A stretch of DNA of 63,033 nt, filler included, from Octopus bimaculoides (GCF_001194135.2; 4 parts of 4 records of this genome joined end to end with filler, not necessarily neighbours in it), one strand, 5' to 3'; positions 1 to 10,558 are shown, counted from the first letter of the whole stretch. Numbers and translations are program-made. Notes: a model not told the origin generated them from the sequence alone.

Positions 1-263
1 CTGACAGCAGATGGAGCGCCTGACCAGTGGTACCTGACCCTTCCACAAAAAGTTGAAGAGCAAGCGTACTATCTTGGTTAACCATCGGTCGGGACAAGGG
101 ACGACGGTCAAACGGTAATAGATGACGGATGCGATGTACGCATTCGCCACCTCCGCTCGACCTTTCAAGGAGAGCTTCCTCTCAGCCCATTTCTGGGTGA
201 GGTTGGCCACCCTGTTCGTCACTTCTTCCCAGTTTTTCTCCAACTGGAGGTCCGGACCGAACC

Positions 264-264
<1 letters not shown>
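1..264 (-). mobile_element. L1/Tx1-clade LINE ORF2 fragment (post-RT region), cut off by an (AAT)n tract
   Basis: Minus frame reads WFGPDLQLEKNWEEVTNRVANLTQKWAERKLSLKGRAEVANAYIASVIYYRLTVVPCPDRWLTKIVRLLFNFLWKGQVPLVRRSICCQ. The W..R.LSL.GR and F.W.G motifs are typical of L1/Tx1 ORF2 after the RT core. Confidence 0.85.

Positions 265-328
<64 letters not shown>
264..328 (+). repeat. (AAT)n microsatellite
   Basis: About 21 perfect AAT units, seen directly. Confidence 0.98.
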
Positions 329-329
<1 letters not shown>

Positions 330-720
330 GCACATCGTTAGCGATGAAACGGTATGGCACGAATACAAAAGACGCCATGACAATGTGGCAAGAATGACCG
401 ATTGAGAGCTCTGTGGAAATCACCGCCTACGAAGAGCAAAGACGTGGTATGAACAAACCCCAGAAGGAGTCATCGAAAGTGAGAACTACAAGATTCTATG
501 GGATGTAATGATCCAGAGCGATCACCTGACCAGACATAGGAAACCGGACATTGTTGTGATGAATAGAAAAGAAAGAACAAGAACGAATATCGACCTAGCG
601 GTGACGACAGGATCGATGTGGAATTAAAATTAAAAAAATAAACAACTATGACGATTTAAAGTGGAAAATACGAAGGTTGTGGTTAATGAAGAGAGTAGGC
701 GTGATACCAATAGTATCAGA
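329..720 (+). mobile_element. R4/Dong-type non-LTR retrotransposon fragment, restriction-like endonuclease (RLE) region
   Basis: Reads WHEYKRRHDNVARMTD*ELCGNHRLRRAKTWYEQTPEGVIESENYKILWDVMIQSDHLTRHRKPDIVVMNRKERTRTNIDLAV, then after a frameshift YDDLKWKIRRLWLMKRVGVIPIV. This has the RHD, KPD, ID and K..Y motifs of the PD-(D/E)xK RLE. It starts right after (AAT)n. Confidence 0.85.
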
Positions 721-763
721 ACAGCGGGAAAAGGCGAGTATCTGACGCCTTCAAATAACCAGT

Positions 764-857
764 GCTCCGGGCAGGCTGTACTCGTTAGTCTCGGATGGCA
801 AGCAGTTTAGGAGAAGGACCACTCTGAGTTCAAAACCAAGGGAGCAAGGGCCCTGCC
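764..857 (+). ncRNA. Candidate HDV-like self-cleaving ribozyme in the retrotransposon 5'UTR (possibly degenerate)
   Basis: Hand fold: P1 764-770/790-796 (one bulge), P3 CTG/TAG, L3 TACTCGT, J1/4 GG 797-798, P4 800-830, C831-AAA. P2 is either GG/CC at 836-837 or GGCAGG/CCTGCC at 852-857. Confidence 0.45.
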
Positions 858-1352
858 GCCTTGGCGAACTACCTTGATAGAGATAGTGTCTGGATAAAAA
901 TACCGGTTGGTAGTAACCTAAAAACACACCTCAGTTGTGAGTGAAAATGCCAAGCAAAATAGATGACGATAACGGTGTGAACGGGACTGGAACCAATGGT
1001 GAAGGTGCCGCGCCCGGCAGGTGCTCCACTGTGCAGCAGGGTGGGCCGGATCGTAATCTAGCAACTGATAGCCATGCTACAAGACATAAGTGGAGTAAAC
1101 AAGTAAACACAATGGTTATGGCGTGTCACTACCGGAGCACCCCAGTGGAGGCAAATGGCATGCCTGTTAGAGGGTACAGAAAAGGAATGTACAGTGTGAA
1201 GGTAGAAAACCTAAAATAAAACAACAAAAAAACAGCATTGCTTAGAACTGCAAGAATTCTTCGCAGAGTTCTTGAAGTATGACCAGCAACAAATGTCACC
1301 TTATTCTGCTGGCTGTGGACAGCTGACACTTAACCTCATTCCAAACAAAATA
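764..1352 (+). mobile_element. Dong/R4-like element with 5'UTR and ORF N-terminus fused to the ORF C-terminus and 3'UTR (internally deleted or rearranged)
   Basis: ATG at 947 gives MPSK...RHKWSKQVNTMVMACHYRSTPVEANGMPVRGYRKGMYS, matching the R4/Dong N-terminal KW..E.N..VM.CYY.S.P...GYRKRM pattern. It is joined near 1195 to VKVENL..KTALLRTARILRRVLEV* (RLE C-terminus), then a short 3'UTR ending in AATAAT. Confidence 0.75.
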
Positions 1353-1530
1353 ATCTGGGAGACAGTTACAATACCAGTGATTGTAAGAGCACTTGGAATG
1401 ATCAAAAGTGGAACTGAAAATTATTTAGGAATGACCGATCCCTGGCTTACCATCTGTGCAGGAAGTGCAAAAAATTGTCTTAACTGATACGTCATACGTA
1501 TTGAGAAAAGCATTGTCGTTGTGAATTTTC
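1353..1530 (+). mobile_element. 3' end of a second RLE (R4-like) LINE family, heavily 5'-truncated
   Basis: Reads WETVTIPVIVRALGMIKSGTENYLGM, then after a frameshift IPGLPSVQEVQKIVLT..SYVLRKALSL*. This matches the RLE C-terminal IPVIVGALG...QK..L...LRK pattern. Confidence 0.75.
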
Positions 1531-1802
1531 TTTCCTTTTTTCCCCTTTATTTCATTTATTTACTGTTCTATTTTTTATTTTTCCCTTTTACTCTCTCTCT
1601 CTCTTCCCCTATTTTCCCTATCACATCACTCTGTAAATGAACAATCTGGTGTGTTTCTTTTAATGGCCTACCAATATATATAGTACGTTTCTCTGCCCTC
1701 GGTGTCAGGAAGACATTCGGCAAGAAATGAAAACGGAATTGAAGGAAGATGCTAATGAAAATAATGAAAATAATAATAACAACGGAAATCGCATTATCAC
1801 TA

Positions 1803-1962
1803 AAGGTGAGGGGACCGAGCTCGAAGAAACCTTTCTACGCCGGACAAAATATTTTCCAGTCGGCAATACTTCCGTTTCTTTACGTTCTGAATTCAATTTA
1901 CGCCGATGTTGTCTTTGCCTTTCATCCACTCGTGGTCGATAAATTAAGTACAAATCGAGCAG
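1803..1962 (+). mobile_element. Degenerate SINE, family A
   Basis: Contains tacgttctgaattcaattt and gtctttgcctttcatccactcgtggtcgataaattaagtac, shared with the cleaner copies at 40502 and 42911. Confidence 0.7.
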
Positions 1963-2416
1963 TGACGACGATATATACGACTTTTCTCTTCCCTCAATAT
2001 TTCAGTCTTTCGTGCCAAACTTTGAAAAAACTATTACTAACAGTTCCACAAATAATACACAGTATCAAAACCCACAAATTCCGTCAAAAATTTAGGGGTG
2101 CCCTTCTTCGCAGATTGAGGATATCTCTTAATCCTCGAATGTGAATGCTGGAATATGCATTAATATGTGCCCTCAACAAGGTTTGAAACTGCTTCCTTAC
2201 TATTTGCACGTAAAAAGTTAATTGACTCTTTTATCAATACAAGTCTATGACATTGCTTTCGGTGACACACAACGGCTATTTACTTGGACAACACAAAACA
2301 AGTTTAAAACTATTCATTTGCGATCAATTATTAGCAAATACACGTATAAGAGTGTTTGCATTTGCCTTTATTTTTGAACGTCTGTATATTGCGCGTCTAT
2401 GAGTATGTGTGCGTAC

Positions 2417-2448
<32 letters not shown>

Positions 2449-2737
2449 NNNNNNNNNNNNNNNNNNNNNNNNNNNNNNNNNNNNNNNNNNNNNNNNNNNN
2501 NNNNNNNNNNNNNNNNNNNNNNNNNNNNNNNNNNNNNNNNNNNNNNNNNNNNNNNNNNNNNNNNNNNNNNNNNNNNNNNNNNNNNNNNNNNNNNNNNNNN
2601 NNNNNNNNNNNNNNNNNNNNNNNNNNNNNNNNNNNNNNNNNNNNNNNNNNNNNNNNNNNNNNNNNNNNNNNNNNNNNNNNNNNNNNNNNNNNNNNNNNNN
2701 NNNNNNNNNNNNNNNNNNNNNNNNNNNNNNNNNNNNN

Positions 2738-2769
<32 letters not shown>

Positions 2770-3675
2770 TATAAATGTATGTACAGACACACAAATATAT
2801 ATACATCTATACGTATATATATATATATATTATACATGTCTATATCTATCTCTCTATATATCTATATACTTGTGTATAAATGTATAAACATATGTACATA
2901 TATGTGTGCATATATACATATATATATATGCACGCAAACACAAACACACACACATGCATATACACACACATGTTTATAAATGCATATATGCATATATATA
3001 TGGACGCATAAACATTTACCACTGCGTTCGTGCCACTTGAAAAGAGAATAACCGGCTCACTATTCAGAAAAACTAAATAACTAAACGAAACTAAATGAAA
3101 TCTTGTTTCTTGCCGTTTTACGAAAAGAAAAAAACAAAATCATTGAGAAAGTCCAAATCTGTAAATTACTACAGCAACAAAACCCTCTGATCCTAGTGTA
3201 AACTTAATGCCTTTTATAGCTGCTACACTTAGCAGTAGCAGCAACGATATTAATTTCATGCTTCTCTCCATTCCTACCCACTATTTGTATCATTATCGCT
3301 CGCTATTTCCATTATTTGAACGGTCTTGTCCAAGTTCTTAATAGCATTTACAATTCCAGCCAGCACATGTCGGACTCAATTACACGAACAAATCGCAAAT
3401 CGATCTCTTTTGTTTATGAATTATTTTGGTGTTGATTTTTTTTTTTTTTTTTCATTTTTGTTTATATCATACTGTATTCTTGTTTATTGTTGATGTGCGT
3501 TTGTGCATGTGTATTTATGTGTGTTTGTATGCGAAGTGGGATGAGTGAGAGAGAGACCCAGAAACAAAGTGCTTGTGTATTTTCTTGTTTCCTTTTATTA
3601 CGCTTTGTTAATGAAGTCCACCTGCTTCCCGTTACAAATTTCTTTACTAATAAGTCTATACAGAATTTTCTAATA

Positions 3676-3680
3676 ATGAC

Positions 3681-3745
<65 letters not shown>

Positions 3746-3771
3746 CAATAATAATAATAATATTAATAATG

Positions 3772-3807
<36 letters not shown>

Positions 3808-3808
3808 G
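3676..3808 (+). repeat. (AAT)n microsatellite, slightly interrupted
   Basis: Seen directly; it produces the poly-Ile ORFs in the track. Confidence 0.95.
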
Positions 3809-3937
3809 ATGTAGAAGCACTAACAATTATATGAATTATAACTAATATTTTCGCTATTTGCCACAAAACAAACCAAATAGCACTATATAATGCTTTTCAA
3901 CAATACACCGCTATATATATGTTTATGTATGTGTGCG

Positions 3938-3994
<57 letters not shown>

Positions 3995-4149
3995 ATGTAT
4001 GCTTTCACATGAATTACTGTTGCGTTAATGTATTTTGTTCCAGCAGTAATCTGTAGAACAACGTATATCTAAACATTTTTACCAACACAGATGTAAATAC
4101 CTTCTCACTGTGTACGATATAGCATCGGCAGAATGAGATGAATCAGTTT

Positions 4150-4183
4150 GATCGGTTTCGATCCTGAACTGGGATATCTTCAG
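4150..4183 (-). ncRNA. Degenerate Penelope-type minimal hammerhead ribozyme motif
   Basis: Minus strand reads CTGAAGA-T-ATCC-CAGTTCA-GGAT-C-GAAAC-CGATC. The core CUGANGA and GAAA are intact, stem II has 4 bp, and stem III is one substitution from the palindrome ACCGGT-C. Stem I is not recoverable. Confidence 0.4.
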
Positions 4184-4464
4184 TAAGAGAGAGATAGAAG
4201 AGGAGAGAGAGAGAAAGAAGAGAGAGAGGAGAGCGACAGGACACTCCTTAACTGACCACGGAGATGCAGCAAATAAATCCACATTTTTCTCTTTCTCTAT
4301 ATTCTTAGTTCTGCTGTGAAGAAAGTGCTCAGGAATGTCTTCCTGCTGCATTATTAGCTGCACTTTCTTTCTTGCAGTGTCGGTCTCATCGCTTTTGATT
4401 CTGCATCTGCAAGAGAACACAGTCCTGGAATGATTCTGTAATTTGGGGGGGCTCAGTAGCTTTT

Positions 4465-4616
4465 ACAGGTTTCCGTCTGTCAAATTCACTCACAATCCAT
4501 TGGTCGATCTGGGGCTATAGCAGAAGACACTTGTCGAAGGTGCTGCGCAGCGAAACTGAACCCGAAGGTATGTAGTTACAAAGTGATCTTCTTAATCATA
4601 CAACCAGGCTGCGCCT
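4465..4616 (-). mobile_element. SINE family B, 5' half (tRNA-like head plus CORE-like segment)
   Basis: Reverse complement has ggcgcagcc, gggttcagt and gcaccttcgacaagtgtcttctgctatagcccc, matching the copies at 6140-6310 and 8660-8838. Confidence 0.75.
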
Positions 4617-4998
4617 AAATCTCTGTTATTCCACCGGGTATCAACAGGGGTTCATTCATTTATGTTGGTACTAAAATTCACTGTAATGAGAAACTCTTCG
4701 CGCTACCCTAATATAAGAAGCCATACTGTTGAACTAGTGTGCGAAATATTATAAAATATAAAAATATCAAAGGCAGACCATATTTTCCACGTTATTGCGA
4801 AAAGAGAAATGGAGTGAACATTGAAAGAGTTCCAAAAATTTTTATCAGTAAAATTATTTAAAGTAAACTATCTTCCATTAAATCCATTAAATGTGAATTT
4901 TCTCAGAAAATCCTTTGTATATATACTGTTCAGTATCTACGCGTTGAATAAAATTTATCTTTCTACTGGCTTTTGCATTATATATGTAATATATATGA

Positions 4999-5735
4999 AC
5001 GAGGTGGTATCAAAAAGTTCCTGGATTAGCTGTGTTTAATAAAAATTAACTTATTTACCTAAGTTTTAACATCATCTCCTTCGAATTAGTCACCTTGCGC
5101 AGCACTACACCGGTCCCAGCGTTCCTGCCACTTTTGTAATCACTGGTGTCGATCCTCGACATGAGGGATAGGTCACCAGATGGGTCACCTGACAAAGATC
5201 TTGAGAGACTTCGACGCGATGTTCTTTCTGCTCATTGCTCAACCAGCGAGGGACAAACTTGACTGAGACACGCCGCATGTTCAATTCAGACGTTAGCATT
5301 GCATGCACAAGCTGATGATGTTTCCCCATATTTCCAGGGGTGACGTTTGACGCTCGTTGATGGTCTTCCAGATCGCTCATCGTCTTCCAGTAACGTTCTT
5401 CAGCTTTTGAAACGCCCGTGCCACTCAAAACATTGCGTACGACCAACTGCCCCGTCGCCGTATGCTTGCTGAAGCATGCTCAATGAGTCTGTGGCAGGCT
5501 TTCCAAGTTTAACGCAGAATTTCACATTCGGTCTTTGTTCCCGACCATGACAAAAATCGCAGACTACAGCATACACGTGATCACAAAATCACAACATGCG
5601 TAGTAAATATAGCGATGTCACTCGGCACACTGCTACATGAATGTCACTGCTAGCTCTCACTGCGCACACAACCACATGCTGCCATTTGTTGGCGCGCTAC
5701 ATAACTAGTCTGGGAACTTTATGATACGACCTAAT
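4999..5735 (-). mobile_element. Mariner-family DNA transposon, internally deleted
   Basis: TIRs aggtggtatcaaaaagttcctggatt and (revcomp) aggtcgtatcataaagttcccagact. The minus-strand relic LTSELNMRRVSVKFVPRWLSNEQKEHRVEVSQDL is the mariner WVPHEL-equivalent linker. Confidence 0.85.
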
Positions 5736-5774
5736 ATACGAAGTAATATAGATGTATTATATATGTCATAGTTC

Positions 5775-6311
5775 TCTTTACTCTTTTACTTGTTTCAGTC
5801 ATTTAACTGCGGCCATGCTGGAGCACCGCCTTTAGTCGAGCAAATCGACCCTGGACTTATTTTTGGGAAGCCTAGTTCTTATTTTATCGGTCTTTTTGCC
5901 GAACCGTTAAGTTACGGGGACGTAAGCACACCAGCATCAGTTGTCAAGCGATGATGGGGCGGGGNNNNNNNNNNNNNNNNNNNNNNNNNNNNNNNNNNNN
6001 NNNNNNNNNNNNNNNNNNNNNNNNNNNNNNNNNNNNNNNNNNNNNNNNNNNNNNNNNNNNNNNNNNNNNNNNNNNNNNNNNNNNNNNNNNNNNNNNNNNN
6101 NNNNNNNNNNNNNNNNNNNNNNNNNNNNNNNNNNNNNATATATATATATATATATACATATATACGACGGGCTTCTTTCAGTTTCCGTCTACCAAATCCA
6201 CTAAGAAGGTTTTGGGCGGACCGAGGCTATAGTAGAAGACACTTGCCCAAAGTGCTACTCAGTGGGAATGAATCCGGAACCATGTGGCTGGTAAGCAAGC
6301 TACTGACCACT
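5775..6311 (-). mobile_element. SINE family B, full length, with an internal microsatellite/N-gap
   Basis: 3' part is cttgtttcagtcatttaactgcggccatgctggagcaccgcc...ttgccgaaccgttaagttacggggacg. 5' part is gacgggcttctttcagtttccgtctaccaaatcc...acacttgcccaaagtgc...ggaaccatgtgg. Confidence 0.85.
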
Positions 6312-6990
6312 ATCGTATTTTTTTATGGGCATGGCCGCACGATGCGTAGAAAAATTGACTTGCATGAAACCGGTCCGTGACATAAAAAGCAGTCGTGAAC
6401 TGCTGTTTAAAAGGATATTTAACTGCTATTTCTAAGAGAGCATGAAGGCAACCACTTCCAGGCACGCTTGTTGTCTTGTCATGTTTCTGTATGTGACATG
6501 TGTTTCCTCTTTATCAATTTCACATTTTGTTCGCAAGCATGAGTTCTCGGCTTTATCTTTTTATCGCATTCTGTCACAGTTTCCACCGAGTTATTTCATA
6601 CCCCCTTCACAAGCCCTCAAACAGAATACCTCCATGAATGACTGATTATAGTTCTATATGCCCGACTCTATCTCCGTGTACTTAAAAGAATAAACTTTCC
6701 TTCTCTCCCACTCTCTCAGTCTTTCTTTGAGTATTTTCCCTCCTTCTATGTCCTTATATCTCCCGGTCTGTTTTGTTATTTATCATTTCATCTCTACATC
6801 TATCTACCCATTTATTTATCTGCCTATCTGTCTGTCGTGTTCATGCGCAGTCAAATCTCAATATACCATCTTACCACTAATTCGACAACAACAACGAATC
6901 CAATGAACAGGAAAGCAAGCGCAAGATTATTCACACACACACACACGCACACACACACAAACTATATGCATATATACATGCATATAGATG

Positions 6991-7021
<31 letters not shown>

Positions 7022-7037
7022 ATGTATACAGTAAAAG

Positions 7038-7367
7038 CATATGGCTCAGTGGTTAAAGCGTCGGGCTACAATCATGAGGTAGCGAGTTCGATTCCCGGAC
7101 CAACCAGTGTGTTGTGTTCTTGAGCAAGACACTTTATTTCACGTTGCTCCAGTTCACTCAGCTGTAGAAACGAGTTGTGACGTCACTGGCGCCAAGCAGT
7201 ATCGGCCTTTGCTTTTCCCTTGAATAACATCAGTGGCGTGGAAAGGGGAGGCTGGTATGTATGGGAGACTACTGGCCTTCCATAAACAACCTTACTTGGA
7301 CTTGTGCCGCGGAGGGGAACTTTCTAGGTGCAATCCCATGGTCATTCGTGACCGAATGGGGTCTTTA
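7038..7367 (+). mobile_element. tRNA-derived SINE, family C
   Basis: A-box tggctcagtggtt and B-box gttcgattccc, followed by ttgagcaagacactt...ttgctccagttcactcagctgta. Related pieces lie at 40850-41110. Confidence 0.85.
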
Positions 7368-7683
7368 CTATGTATATATACACGAGTAGTCAAGGCTGGC
7401 TGGGTGGATAATTAACATAAAATATCTTCTTGATCGAAGTATGCTCTTTTCCTTCTCCAGTACCATTGGTTCCTTGCAGAAAATTCCGTATTTCTTCAAC
7501 TCGTCTTTGAAATTTGAAATACGAATTTCCCGTTGAATTTGACTTGAATGTAACGCAAAATCTTGGACAGCACCAGATTGCAAGAATATTGAATTATTCA
7601 TGTATAATATTAATACATTCATTAATAATACATATAAATACATACGCATATATCGATGCATTTCTCTCTCTCTCTTAAACATG

Positions 7684-8106
7684 GATGTTCTATTAGAACA
7701 ATCTATACTGCGGTAGTTACCACGAGAGAAAATCTCATATTGGCTTTTAGGACATGTTCATGCGGGGATAAATATTACCTCGCGGTATTTATTCTGTCTC
7801 AGTCACAAACATATATTTTAAACAAGCTAACTGGTTAACCACGACACCAGCATCAGTTCTGGGACTGTCAATCTATATATATCGACGGGGAAACGAATCG
7901 CTGTTGCCTCTAACGGTTGAGTGTCCATTATTGACTTAGAGCAAACTAAGTCGAAATCACGTAATCAGATGCTCTCGGCGTGGGAGGTAGCGGAAATTCA
8001 TCTCCCCGCTAGCGATATAAACAAGAGTGCATTTGCATCAACTAGCCAATGATGAGAGGTTCTCTCGTGATAACTAGCGCAGTATAGTTTGTTCTAATAG
8101 AACATC
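7684..8106. mobile_element. MITE / fold-back element with terminal inverted repeats of about 60 bp or more
   Basis: 7684-7745 gatgttctattagaacaatctatactgcggtagttaccacgagagaaaatctcatattggc is the near-perfect reverse complement of 8045-8106. Confidence 0.8.
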
Positions 8107-8390
8107 TGCGTTTAAGTGGTGTTAAATATTATCTGTCGGTAATAATACTGCGTCTGTTGCTAATCTATATTTTTCAAGATATTAACGGTGAAACGTAAGA
8201 ATTGAAACAGCCATCTAAGTTAAAATACTACTGGTCAGGTAATATTCTATGAGAGCGCAAACCGTAACTCCGAAGTCACTATCACCACTCTACTTTGAAA
8301 ATGATACACTTGTACACACACACACACAAACACGCACACACAAACACATGCATACACACACGTACATGAATGTATGTATATATGTATATT

Positions 8391-8619
8391 CTTTTATTCT
8401 TTTACTTGTTTCCGTCATTTGAGTGCGGTTATGCTGGAGCACCGCCTTTAATCGAAAAAATCGACCCCAGGACTTATTCTTTGTAAGCCTAGTACTTATT
8501 CTATCGATCCTTTTTGCCGAACGGCTAAGTTACGGGGACGTACCATGCTACGGAGACGTGCACACACCAGCATGGGTTGTCAAGCGTTGGTGGGGGGACA
8601 AACATAGACACACAAACAT

Positions 8620-8660
<41 letters not shown>

Positions 8661-8838
8661 CACAGATATATATGAGACGGGCTTCTTTCAGTTTCCATCT
8701 ACCAAATCCACTTACAAGGATTTGGTCGACCCGAGGCTATAGTACAAGACACTTGCCCAAGGTGCCATGCAGTAGGACTGAACTCGTAACCATGTGGTTG
8801 GTAAGAAAGCTACTTATCACACAGCCACTCTTGCGCCT
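8391..8838 (-). mobile_element. SINE family B, full length, with internal (CA)n
   Basis: Both halves are present around (CA)n at about 8620-8660. The head revcomp is ggcgcaagagtggctgtgtgataagtagc...ccacatggttacgagttcagtcc. Confidence 0.9.
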
Positions 8839-9262
8839 ATACTTATATGTGTGTTTGTATACATACATATATACATACATACATACATACACACATACAT
8901 ACATACATACATAAATATATGTGCGTATGTATATGTCTATAGACACACACAGACACACTCACACATACACACACACATATACGCACATATATATATATAT
9001 ATACGTGCATTCTTATTTAAAGAAATCTATGTGTGTATATATGTGTATATAAAAATATGAGAAGTAAGAAAAACCACAAAAAAGAATCTGACAACCAAAA
9101 CAAAGTTAGTAAAGTAACAAAGAGAGCGAGAGGTAAAGTGTAGCGCTGGAGACTCAAACTATGGCAGATCGGTAAATTAGAACCGATGTTTGCACGGTAT
9201 CATGTGACAATGAAACTGTATTCTGTGACCGATAGATGTATAATTTCACCAAGATAGTCTTA

Positions 9263-9520
9263 CACCATGTCAATCATCCTATAATGGGTTTGTATAGGTG
9301 AAGTGAGTGGGAGAATAGTTTGTTTTACGGAATTTGCTTCAGAATATCTCGTCCACAAGAGCCAGAGCTCTCTCATCACCGATATCACTACTGCTGCCCC
9401 TGTGAACACCATGAAACGAGGGAGCCTAAAGCAGCTAAAGTGCCTCTCGGTGACTATGATTTCAGCCTCGCTGAGGTTAGTCTTTGCTCTAAGATGTACC
9501 GCTTGTCTACCAGAAGAATT
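9263..9520. other. Coding-like island, strand unresolved (candidate exon)
   Basis: Plus solution: ttgcttcag/9343..9475/GTTAGT reads ISRPQEPELSHHRYHYCCPCEHHETREPKAAKVPLGDYDFSLAE. Minus solution: an open frame from a ccag acceptor near 9520 to a GT/GTAAGA donor near 9262. Confidence 0.3.
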
Positions 9521-10558
9521 TATTGTAACTGGATTTAGGAACAGTGCTGGTTCGTGGATAAAACTAGTGGGGGTGCTGCTTCAGGAAATTTTTGGCCGCT
9601 GTTTTAATATTTTGTAAAAGGAAACAAACATGAAAAGAATATTTATACATAAACTTCATCGGTTCACGTTTTAGCCACTGCCAGGTAGTGTGTTTAATTT
9701 GTTCACTGAACACCGCTGCGAAATTCCCCCTTGTTTTCCAAAAATCCCCCCTTGTTTTCCAAAAATCCCCCTAAATCACAAAATAAGTGTGTGTGTGTGT
9801 NNNNNNNNNNNNNNNNNNNNNNNNNNNNNNNNNNNNNNNNNNNNNNNNNNNNNNNNNNNNNNNNNNNNNNNNNNNNNNNNNNNNNNNNNNNNNNNNNNNN
9901 NNNNNNNNNNNNNNNNNNNNNNNNNNNNNNNNNNNNNNNNNNNNNNNNNNNNNNNNNNNNNNNNNNNNNNNNNNNNNNNNNNNNNNNNNNNNNNNNNNNN
10001 NNNNNNNNNNNNNNNNNNNNNNNNNNNNNNNNNNNNNNNNNNNNNNNNNNNNNNNNNNNNNNNNNNNNNNNNNNNNNNNNNNNNNNNNNNNNNNNNNNNN
10101 NNNNNNNNNNNNNNNNNNNNNNNNNNNNNNNNNNNNNNNNNNNNNNNNNNNNNNNNNNNNNNNNNNNNNNNNNNNNNNNNNNNNNNNNNNNNNNNNNNNN
10201 NNNNNNNNNNNNNNNNNNNNNNNNNNNNNNNNNNNNNNNNNNNNNNNNNNNNNNNNNNNNNNNNNNNNNNNNNNNNNNNNNNNATGTACATGTATAAAGA
10301 ATTAAAGAAAAAAAGGACTCATTATATTGAATATTATCGATAATATCAAGTGGAAATAGGGGTTCCTGCAGTTTCGAAGTGTCTATATACGAGCCGCCAC
10401 TGTTTAAGAACTAAGTAATCTCCCCGCAGACCAAGAATGGTTTTCTCTGTTGAGAGAACCGTAACGGAGTTCGAAATGGAATGTGTGGAAGAGGGCTTTT
10501 TATTACGAAGTCGGCTGATAACTAGAATTCTCTATTGACCTATATAAAGTCATAGTGT

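Noticed and set aside
1727-2144. ORFs 1727-1942 and 1749-2144
   Set aside because: They run through AAT repeats and a degenerate SINE A.
2324-2979. Long ORFs with X runs and YI/CV/HT repeats here and across the track (e.g. 9690, 11493, 38337, 49599, 53850, 57873)
   Set aside because: They are produced by N-gaps and dinucleotide or trinucleotide microsatellites.
3140-3260. Minus mini-ORF MKLISLLLLLSVAAIKG resembling a signal peptide
   Set aside because: The Leu run comes from a short (CTG/CTA) repeat, there is no canonical donor, and it stops after 39 codons.
7037-7110. tRNA gene
   Set aside because: A/B boxes continue into a SINE body, and no complete cloverleaf with acceptor stem is evident.
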